Source: Macrostomum lignano (lineage: Eukaryota). Taken from it: a stretch of 64,000 nucleotides of DNA. Positions 57,901 to 64,000 of this stretch are shown here, in pieces. Made by a program: the position numbers and the translations under genes. Position 1 is the stretch's first letter. The number at the start of each line of letters is the position of its first letter. The stretch is taken from positions 74,043-138,042 of the forward strand of contig NIVC01002822.1 in assembly GCA_002269645.1 (NCBI GenBank). Direction: 5' to 3'. A model generated the notes under the pieces. It made no database searches. It was given only the letters and a program-made list of their open reading frames with translations, and had not been told where the DNA came from.

Positions 57901-59019
57901 TGCATTGGTGCTATACTCAGGATCATGGCATGTCTGCGCCAGAATAAATTCTATCAAAAAGATTAATTGCACGGTGTATTGGAATAAATCCTATCAAAAA
58001 TAGGTTGGGCATTCTTTGGTCTTATGATACCCAATAGAAAATAGTAAGAATTGAAATAGACATAGCATTAGCATGATTGCAAAAATGCAATTGTAGCTTG
58101 ATAGAGCACAATCCTTATATTTACTTTTGCTATTATGGTATTTGTGCACCTTTTGTTTTAATCTTTATTTCATGTAATGATTTTGTAAATTCAATCAATG
58201 CTTCAAATTTGTAGCTAAAATTAAAAATGAAACATTAGGAATAATAACCATGAAAATAAAATGAGTGTTATAAACAATTTTGTATGTTGTAAATTATTAT
58301 ATATCCAAAGTAAAATAAATAACTTGATTATTATTATATAGTTGTAGAAGAGACTAAATTTGAAATTTACTTTCTCTATTGTAGGCCCTATAGTTTAAAA
58401 GGTGACATATACACCAGATTTCCTAGCTTACAACAAAGGTCTTATCATTTTTTAGCATACATCAAAATATATCCTAGTATATATGACACAATAGATACAT
58501 TGTGTCAAATGACATTTTTTGTATTGGTGCACAAACCTGGCATACAAATGAGGTCTTGTCATTTTTTCTAGCATTAAACCTGGCGTATACTAATATACAA
58601 TCTGAACTATGGCCTAGGCCCCCCTACATGGAAATCTTTTTGCACTATAGGCCTAGCTAAAAAGATAGGAGGGTAGTCATTTAAGAGCTGCAATACAGCC
58701 CTTATCCCCTGCCTTTTGCACTATTACTAAATACTAAATATTATTATTAGAATATTAAATTTATATTATAATTTATAATAAATAAAAGCTAAAAAGTCAA
58801 AGAATAAGAATATATTTATGATTGCTAGATCTATTTAATATCCATGGCTATTAAATAGGCCTCCTATTTATTGAAAATTAAAATAAAATATTAAACTTAC
58901 TTTCCAATAATTTCAAGCATTTGATATACATCATCAAACAATACTTCTTGATCAACAGATGGACTGGGACCAGAATTTAAATTGGGCTCATGGTGGCTGT
59001 TTCCTTGATGATATTCCAT
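26394..59019 (-). CDS. CASK: CASK/LIN-2 MAGUK (CaMK-like, 2x L27, PDZ, SH3, guanylate-kinase-like), 17 exons, ~931 aa
   Basis: join(minus): 59019-58901,55612-55500,55046-54941,51062-50985,49473-49298,46227-46052,45436-45124,39861-39743,38586-38410,35595-35407,34874-34796,33703-33618,31360-31292,29551-29420,28849-28462,27364-27066,26570-26394. Sum 2796 nt, all GT-AG, phases compatible. Peptides match recalled CASK sequence throughout ([42 protein letters not shown], ..WVPVNWVY*). Confidence 0.96.
26622..27058. repeat. 30-bp minisatellite AGAGTGAGAGGTAGACAGGTGGAAGTTGAC plus short adjacent repeats
   Basis: CASK intron 16. Confidence 0.93.
27066..27364 (-). CDS. CASK: CASK exon 16 (GuK)
   Basis: ccgcag| [65 protein letters not shown] |gtgagc; 299 nt. 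Confidence 0.96.
27483..28392. repeat. 23-bp minisatellite CTCAGGACGGGTTCCAATGGTCA
   Basis: CASK intron 15. Confidence 0.97.
28462..28849 (-). CDS. CASK: CASK exon 15 (SH3 end, HOOK, GuK start)
   Basis: cccccag| [57 protein letters not shown] |gtgagt; 388 nt. Confidence 0.96.
28866..29318. repeat. ~25-bp degenerate repeat GGGTCAAGTGGGTCAAAGGTCACAT
   Basis: CASK intron 14. Confidence 0.92.
29420..29551 (-). CDS. CASK: CASK exon 14 (SH3)
   Basis: caccag| [44 protein letters not shown] |gtaaga; 132 nt. Confidence 0.96.
29903..30356. repeat. 28-bp minisatellite CCCAGCAACTGAGGATCTGGGAGGCTGG
   Basis: Near-perfect array; same family as 39929-40230. Confidence 0.97.
30703..31270. repeat. Degenerate GTGAAT/GAAT-based repeat
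   Basis: Direct inspection. Confidence 0.9.
31292..31360 (-). CDS. CASK: CASK exon 13b (PDZ last strand and linker)
   Basis: catttcag| [23 protein letters not shown] |gtatac; 69 nt, phase 0-0. Confidence 0.92.
31628..32095. repeat. ~32-bp minisatellite ACATTGCTCATGATTATGTGTACAGTGAATGT
   Basis: Direct inspection. Confidence 0.88.
32630..33255. repeat. Degenerate CACCTGTCTACCTC repeat
   Basis: Reverse complement of the core of the 26622 array. Confidence 0.88.
33318..33398 (-). CDS. CASK: CASK exon 13a, duplicated alternative PDZ-closing exon
   Basis: attcgcag| [27 protein letters not shown] |gtaaac; 81 nt, phase 0-0; 10 of the first 14 aa identical to exon 13b. Confidence 0.7.
33618..33703 (-). 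CDS. CASK: CASK exon 12 (PDZ)
   Basis: ttttcaag| [29 protein letters not shown] |gtgagc; 86 nt. Confidence 0.95.
33872..34708. repeat. 18-19-bp minisatellite GGATCCGTGAAGAT(GG/TGA)
   Basis: Direct inspection. Confidence 0.94.
34796..34874 (-). CDS. CASK: CASK exon 11 (PDZ)
   Basis: cgcag| [26 protein letters not shown](G) |gtaaga; 79 nt. Confidence 0.96.
35205..35346. repeat. (CACT/CAGT)n microsatellite
   Basis: Direct inspection. Confidence 0.9.
35407..35595 (-). CDS. CASK: CASK exon 10 (L27 end to PDZ start)
   Basis: ctgcag| [25 protein letters not shown]...[17 protein letters not shown] |gtgggt; 189 nt. Confidence 0.96.
35678..35958. repeat. 23-bp minisatellite GCCGATGGGGAAACCAGTGTGGC
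   Basis: Direct inspection. Confidence 0.92.
36297..36570. repeat. (GACA)n microsatellite
   Basis: Direct inspection. Confidence 0.95.
36581..36679 (-). CDS. CASK: Putative alternative first coding exon of a short (CaMK-less) CASK isoform
   Basis: [36 protein letters not shown] (33 codons) ending TGG|gtgagc, phase 0, in frame with exon 10 (ALLQAHDV); CpG-rich region upstream. Confidence 0.6.
36790..37060 (-). promoter_or_regulatory. Candidate internal promoter / non-coding 5' exon for short CASK isoform
   Basis: CpG/GC-rich unique block with a minus-strand donor GAG|gtagga at 36790, upstream of the Cys-rich ATG exon; bounded by (CAGT)n. Confidence 0.35.
37062..37360. repeat. (CAGT)n microsatellite, near perfect
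   Basis: Direct inspection. Confidence 0.97.
37729..37811. repeat. 27-bp repeat x3 GTGAGAGAATGGGTGCCTGGGCATGCT
   Basis: Direct inspection. Confidence 0.88.
37846..38322. repeat. 22-25-bp minisatellite GGGGTATTTTGGCGCCAAGAA
   Basis: Direct inspection. Confidence 0.92.
38410..38586 (-). CDS. CASK: CASK exon 9 (L27)
   Basis: ccccag| LYDHINSR...[15 protein letters not shown] |gtgagc; 177 nt. Confidence 0.93.
38708..39276. repeat. 23-bp minisatellite GGGGGAATTCAGAGTGTGGCACT
   Basis: Direct inspection. Confidence 0.93.
39743..39861 (-). CDS. CASK: CASK exon 8 (first L27)
   Basis: ctgcag| [40 protein letters not shown] |gtgagt; 119 nt. Confidence 0.94.
39929..40230. repeat. 28-bp minisatellite (family of 29903)
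   Basis: Direct inspection. Confidence 0.94.
40302..41373. repeat. 129-bp direct repeat pair (40302-40430, 41245-41373)
   Basis: CTGTACGCA(G/A)CGCTCACTATGGCCCAGACAAATCGG...TAGTCTGTAGCTG present twice, 943 bp apart. Confidence 0.93.
40544..41240. repeat. 30-bp minisatellite CCCAGCATGAGGATCTGGGAGAGTCTGTGT
   Basis: Relative of the 28-mer. Confidence 0.96.
41724..43074. repeat. 31-bp minisatellite (family of 9468)
   Basis: GAGAATCTGCCTCTCCGCTCTTTCAGGCCTT and variants. Confidence 0.97.
43657..45062. repeat. 23-bp minisatellite GATTCTCACAGTGGATTTGGGAC
   Basis: Direct inspection. Confidence 0.97.
45124..45436 (-). CDS. CASK: CASK exon 7 (end of CaMK domain, regulatory segment)
   Basis: ggcag| [21 protein letters not shown]...[18 protein letters not shown]...DDVTSA |gttggt; 313 nt. 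Confidence 0.93.
45549..45979. repeat. (CTA)n/(CCA) trinucleotide microsatellite
   Basis: CASK intron 6. Confidence 0.97.
46052..46227 (-). CDS. CASK: CASK exon 6
   Basis: tcaaag| [59 protein letters not shown] |gtgagt; 176 nt. Confidence 0.96.
47105..47418. repeat. 32-bp minisatellite GAGACAGGTGAGATGAGAGACTGAGAATCGGG
   Basis: Direct inspection. Confidence 0.9.
47803..49200. repeat. 21-bp minisatellite GATCATGGGATAGGGATCACA
   Basis: Direct inspection; blocks punctuated by a GATAGTGGGATAG variant. Confidence 0.97.
49298..49473 (-). CDS. CASK: CASK exon 5 (catalytic loop, GFG motif)
   Basis: ctgcag| [58 protein letters not shown] |gtgaga; 176 nt. Confidence 0.96.
49553..50947. repeat. 22-24-bp minisatellite ATTCACTGTCACACACTGCTAGGC
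   Basis: CASK intron 4. Confidence 0.97.
50985..51062 (-). CDS. CASK: CASK exon 4
   Basis: cgcag| [25 protein letters not shown](T) |gtaagc; 78 nt. Confidence 0.95.
51601..52030. repeat. 36-bp minisatellite CCATTGGAACTGTACTGAGGACACCCCTTGGAACAC
   Basis: Direct inspection. Confidence 0.95.
53231..53285 (+). mobile_element. Helitron 3' terminus joined to a 5'-like terminus
   Basis: GCCTCCCTCAACG(G)nAAGATGGCTAG|TCCACTACACTAAAA; same style of end as 57434-57464. Confidence 0.45.
54941..55046 (-). CDS. CASK: CASK exon 3
   Basis: cgcag| [35 protein letters not shown](Y) |gtgagt; 106 nt. Confidence 0.95.
55103..55455. repeat. 23-bp minisatellite GGGGATTGAGGGGCGATTCTTTT
   Basis: CASK intron 2; related to the 43657 array. 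Confidence 0.94.
55500..55612 (-). CDS. CASK: CASK exon 2
   Basis: ttttag|[38 protein letters not shown] |gtgagt; 113 nt. Confidence 0.95.
56050..57464 (+). mobile_element. Non-autonomous Helitron-like element in CASK intron 1
   Basis: A|TCACCAATATACTAAATCT start, (GTCT)n, ~250 bp resembling 61147-61370 (shared CCTATCTAATTAGTGTATTTTTCTC); ends in hairpin GCCTCCC-aatg-GGGGGGC then CTAG|T. Confidence 0.6.
56565..57225. repeat. 18-bp minisatellite GATGCTTGCTGTCTGGGG
   Basis: Inside the putative non-autonomous Helitron. Confidence 0.93.
58901..59019 (-). CDS. CASK: CASK exon 1 (start; beginning of CaMK-like domain)
   Basis: ATG in AACAATGG context; [39 protein letters not shown](K); donor AA|gtaagt. 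Confidence 0.88.
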
Positions 59020-61146
59020 TGTTAAATGGTTTGAAATGTAGAATAACTTTATTATGTAAAAAATAAAGGTTTAATCAAGGTTTTAGGTCTACAGTAATGA
59101 TCTGATTCAGTAAATAAAACTAGGACTTAGGCCTACTAAAAATGAAAATTAACGTATGTGGCTCTCAATAATAGTCAATATCATAGGCCCCTAGAAAATA
59201 ACAGGTATTATTAATTTATTTGTCTTTTTACAACTCGAAAAAATCGAGAAATCAGTCAAAATGGTTTTATTTATCAAAACTTTGGCTTGGGCCTTGGGCC
59301 TCGTCCGTTAGGCCTAGTGAACCCAAACAGAATTTTAAAAAAGACCAACACTGGAGGGACTGCTGTACAACAGAAACAAATATATTTACAAACAAGTGAA
59401 CAAGTAGAGCAATCGGAGTAAAGATGTCTTCCACTAGACTCTTTAGTCATGCAAACTGATTGATTGATTGGATATTAATTTACCGACATTCAGACCGTCG
59501 ACGATTCAAAAAACGAGTGTTTTTTAACAAATATGCTTAATGCAGACTGCATTTAAGCGTCTTTTTTGCATACGTAAGCTTTTTTTGATGCAAAAGTTTT
59601 TATTTTTATGCTAAAATTAAAGAAAAAATAAAAAAGACGGTCCAGCAACACCAAAATTATCAGCAAGTTTTTACAGTGTGTAAGAGAATTTCCCAAACTT
59701 TTTGAACAGAAAATAATTTATACACATTCACACCATTTATTTCCATTTGTTTCCTACTCAACTCTCTAAGTCGACAAAGACACTCCCGCTCTGTGTAACT
59801 GTCGACAGTTAGATTTCAATGTAAAAGCACACCCAGCTTTTAATTTACATCGCGAGCGCTCCTAATCAACGTTTATAGTCGGAAAAAATTGCGCTTGAAG
59901 TGTTTCTGCACTGAAATTAGAAAGGCCTCGATAATACATCAGATTTTTGTCGCATCACAGTGTTGCTCTCTTTTGTCTGAGTGCTTGATATCAGTAGTGA
60001 CAATTTTTACGCATGCCTCTTGTGACGTTGCTAGTTTAAAGTGGTCCCGCAAAAGGGCCGTTGGACTACAATTTTCCCTTACAATTTCTCATTTAAAATT
60101 TCCAATTGTGTATTCTCACGTTTACTTGTAGTAGCGCGCAACTAATCTGTATCAATTGCTAAATCATTGCGTACTTTGTAAGCGTTGCGTACGGCTGTAG
60201 GGTCTCGCGCGATCGATAATTTCTGTTTCTTGTTTTTCCCTCGCCAGCCAATGATAACTCTCCGCATATATTATGCTAACCCTCCTGCGCTCCTTTATTA
60301 ACCCCGCCTGGCGGCAGGCTGGGGGTTTTTTCACTTTCCTGTCCGTTCCTCCCTTTCCTTCCTTTCTTTTTGGCGTTTCTTCGTGGCCTCTTGTTTTCCT
60401 TCTCTCTTCTTATCTCTCGCCACGGCCCCCTCTGTCTGGGCCAGCCTGTTTACGCACTCTTACTCCACCGTGTACTGCCACGGGCTAACGCCCAATCTCG
60501 CCACTACTAGTCTGCCTGTCTACTTGCTACTCACTGCCATCACTGTGCTCACCGCCATCACTTACCACGTTGCGTCGCCACTGCATCTTTCGTCAACTAC
60601 TTGACTTCATAACTCCAATTACATTCAAAACCATTGTTGCAGCCGCCAGTGCCCCAGAACGCTATAAGTTTTGTATTGACATTAATCAATCATCATATTA
60701 ATAACGATAATAAATAGCATACGGCAGTCCCCTGCCTTTATACGCCAAGTGCTCCGCTACACAATCCGCTTCGCAAGAATTGACTTCACAATCTCGTCAA
60801 AACGGCCCTTTTAAGGGTTGTAGTCACCACGCCAATAACGTGACACTCTAACCTTTGAAATGAAGCCTTTGGGGGCTTAAAATTACTAAAAAGTTTTTCC
60901 TATAGTTAAAAGAAAACTAGGAGACAACACAACAGGAACAACCTGTGTTTGGATACAGGTTGAGAGACAGGACTTTGATAAAGCCTCCCATGCGTTTCAT
61001 TCCGGGAAAGGGAGGAAAGTGATGTCTGCACTTTTATGTTTATGGTCTAAACCAAAGATTATATATCCCAGGTTTTAAGGGCGATAATGGGAAAGCCAGA
61101 GGGCGCCGAAGGCCCTTAAAGCCTGGGTAATCCATCCATCCGTCCA

Positions 61147-63765
61147 TCTTATATACTAAATCTGAAAATGTTTGTAACTTTGTTTATAAGTTTCGCATCT
61201 CCTCTTGAACCACTTGGTAGATTTTCGTCAAATTTGTTTCATTCGATGTGGAATTCTACTGGGACCATGTGGTCTAATTTTCATTTTGATGTCGTAGTGT
61301 GAAGCCTCTCAAATTGGAGAAATACTGTATTTCGCCTATCTAATTAGTGTATTTTTCTCGCAGTCAGAGTTAAATTTTCAATTTTATATCTATGGTGGTC
61401 CGTGAAGTTGACTACGCGGCCGCAGCATCAGCAGCAGCAGCAGCGGCGGGTGGCACGAGACCAGCGTCCACGTCGCGCCCTGGACACCCCGCCAATGTGG
61501 CAGGAGCTCCGTGCGTCCCTGCCATCGACGGGGTGACGAATTGGTCTCACCTCCGGTATGCAGCCTGGGAGAGCTGTCCCCCAACGTTGGGTTGGCGGTG
61601 GATGGCGGTTTTTACAGCGTAAGTCGGTCTTCGGAGGAGCCCTGCGCACCGGGACTCGGGTCCCCACGCTCTCTGGCCACCCGCCGCAGGCCGCAAATTG
61701 GATTCCGCCGTCTACTGCCCGCCCGCGCAGGGTCAGCGCCCCGGCTGCATGGGGCTACGCCCCGGTCCTATTAGCTACGTCTAGCTACAATGTCCGTGAC
61801 CCGAAAAAGAAAGAAAGAAAGCAGCAGCGGCGGCTCGAGTCTAAATAAAGTCTTTCAATATATAAAGCTAATTATATAGTGTATTTTTCTCGCATTGATT
61901 TTATAACCTTGAAGTTCTTTAAGGTGAGTTCAACCGGTGAGTTCAACCGGTGAGTCTGTTCAACTTCGATTCATTCGTATTCGTGCTGGATTGGAGTGAT
62001 TTGTCTGATCTTCTGTTTGTTGTTCGATTATTTGTCGGCCTGAACCGGTTGACCGGTCTCAACAATTTCATGTGAATGTGTCTCTTAGTTTTTGATACCT
62101 GGGCGCGGGTGTGCTGTCGCTCATGCCGAAGAGGAAGCGAAAGAGTGAGTTAGTAAGAGTCGGGAAGCAAAATTGCGTCGTCGGCAGGAAACAGCGGAGG
62201 AGCGTAATTCGCGGCTTGAGAAACAACTAGAGTATAGTCGGAAGCGTATACAGAACGAATCCATAAGTGCACGGTCTGACAGGTTAGATGCCGCGCGTGT
62301 TCGCGCGGCTGAAAGGCGAGCTAATGAGTCAGACGCAGGGCGTTTCTCTCGATTGAACGCCGCACGTGCCCACGACGCCGATATGCGAGCTACTGAGACA
62401 GACGCAGCACGCGCCTCAAGATTGGATGCTGCGCGTGTTCGCGCTTCGAAACAACGTGCCACAGAGACTGACGCAGTGCGCGCAGACAGACGGGACGCAA
62501 TTGGTATTCATGTCGCTAATAAACGCGCTACAGAGACTGATGCTGTACGGCATATCCGTGGCGGATGTTGTGGCGACTTTCGGCAGCTGCTGCCGGTCGT
62601 AAAACATGGAACACGCGCAAACAATGTAATCGCCTGTGTAAGTCGATCAGCTCTGTGGTTAAGTTTCAAAGACATCACTTGACACGAAACATTCGACTTT
62701 TTAACAGTGGCTCTGTCGATCAATCGCAAACTGGTATGCTGAGTTTCTACTTCAGGTAAGTTACTTTCGAATTATTGAAAGCAGGATGTGACAGTGGGTC
62801 TCATACTCTACTCTATTTTGTTTCTAACCATTTTAGGTTGGCGAAGGTTCGATACCGAGTGATTCAGACGCCAATATCGTGCTACCACCCGAAATCGTTT
62901 TGCCTGGTGACGCTACTGTTGTTGATTTGATCCGGCTTGTATACCCAACGTTCGCTGGGATCGAAAACAGGAGAAGTTTTTTGAGAGCCGCGTCATTTTA
63001 GCTCCACTAAACGACTCCGTTGATAAAATTAACGATGCATGTTTAGATTTATTTCCAGGCGTTGATCGCGAATATAGATCAATTGACAGTGTCGAGGATG
63101 AGGATGACTTGACGCACTATCCACCTGAAGTGCTGAATAGTATGGACGCACCTGGATTGCCAAAGCATCGGCTTCGTCAATGCGGGATGCCTGTAGTTCT
63201 ACTACGAAACTTAAACCCACCACGACTGTGCAACGGAACACGATTAATCATTAAGGAATTGCGAAACAATATCTTACAATGTCAAATTGCTGCGGTCAAT
63301 TCAAAGGCGAAACAGTTTTGTTGCCGCGTACCATTGATACAAGTAATTTGGATCTACCTGTTAAGTTCAGAAGGCTACAATTTCCTCTACGACCTGTTTC
63401 TGCATGACTATTCATAAAGCACAAGGCCAATCCTTGACGTAGTTGGAATTGACCTTGCAGGTAGCTTTTTGCGCATGGACAGCTCTACACTGCACTTTCC
63501 AGAGCAAAAAATGTTTGTAATGTTCGAGTTCGAATGTGCGGCGAAAGAACCAAAAATATCGTTTACCCAGAAGTTTTTTGAATTGGACGTCTTTATTATC
63601 TATTAATAATTTTTTACAATTCAATTTAAAAAAAATATGTTGCTATTTTACTACGAGCCACGATTAATATGAAAGTGCATGCTGTCACGCAAAACGTCTA
63701 TGAGAAAATGTGTGTCCTGAAACTGTATTTTTCGCGGAATGCATAAGCTTGAGATGCATTTCTAG
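61147..63765 (+). mobile_element. Helitron (rolling-circle transposon), internally deleted and decayed; 3' end uncertain
   Basis: 5' A|TCTTATATACTAAA terminus at 61147; RepHel remnants inside. A weak hairpin+CTAG lies at 63738-63765, but the element may extend beyond the window. Confidence 0.75.
62123..63581 (+). pseudogene. Helitron RepHel remnant: NLS + 23-aa STPR-like repeats fused to C-terminal Pif1-family helicase
   Basis: MPKRKRK start; repeats such as RRANESDAGRFSRLNAARAHDAD; then GDFRQLLPVV, YAEFLLQ|VGEG (81-nt intron 62756-62836), ILAPLNDSVDKIN, LLRNLNPPRLCNGTRL, FRRLQFPL, TIHKAQGQSL, HGQLY, NIVYPEVF*; several frameshifts. Confidence 0.9.
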
Positions 63766-64000
63766 CTTAAGATGAATTTCTAGCTGCAAGTGTAAATTCC
63801 ATTAAATTTGTCTTCATCGTTATGTTAAAAGATGGCAAGCAAGCTAAGCAAGTTAACGATTTCTTCTCTCTCTGTCGGTCCCATGCGCGTAGTCTCCGGA
63901 ATTACTTCGTTAAGAACTGAGGTAAGCTTCCATAATTTGCTATTTTGCTTCATATATATACTTTTTTTATAAAATCAATCCACTTAAACAACATCGTTTT

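Noticed and set aside
59889-60604. Short hydrophobic ORFs upstream of CASK as a divergent gene
   Set aside because: No recognisable domain or splice structure.

Overview
Eukaryotic (metazoan) genomic DNA, not prokaryotic; no CRISPR, rRNA or tRNA seen. Introns packed with unrelated minisatellites and GC3-rich exons suggest a flatworm such as Macrostomum (unverified inference). Two convergent multi-exon genes dominate. (1) Minus strand, 59019->26394: a complete CASK/LIN-2 MAGUK gene (CaMK-like, L27, L27, PDZ, SH3, GuK). I reconstructed 17 exons with GT-AG sites and consistent phases, totalling 2796 nt / 931 aa. It also appears to have an internal Cys-rich alternative first exon (36679-36581) and a tandemly duplicated PDZ-closing exon (33398-33318 vs 31360-31292). 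(2) Plus strand, ~5358->23197: the 3' part of a GPI-anchored Ig-Ig-FN3 adhesion protein (Klingon/Wrapper-like); its 5' end is unresolved. About 43 micro/minisatellite arrays cover roughly 29 kb (~45%, hand tally). Many share a GAG(A/G)ATC core, a 20-25 bp unit, or occur as inverted sister arrays. The right end holds a decayed Helitron (STPR-like repeats fused to a Pif1 helicase remnant), with a related non-autonomous element in CASK intron 1. Nearly all long ORFs in the supplied track are translations of repeats.
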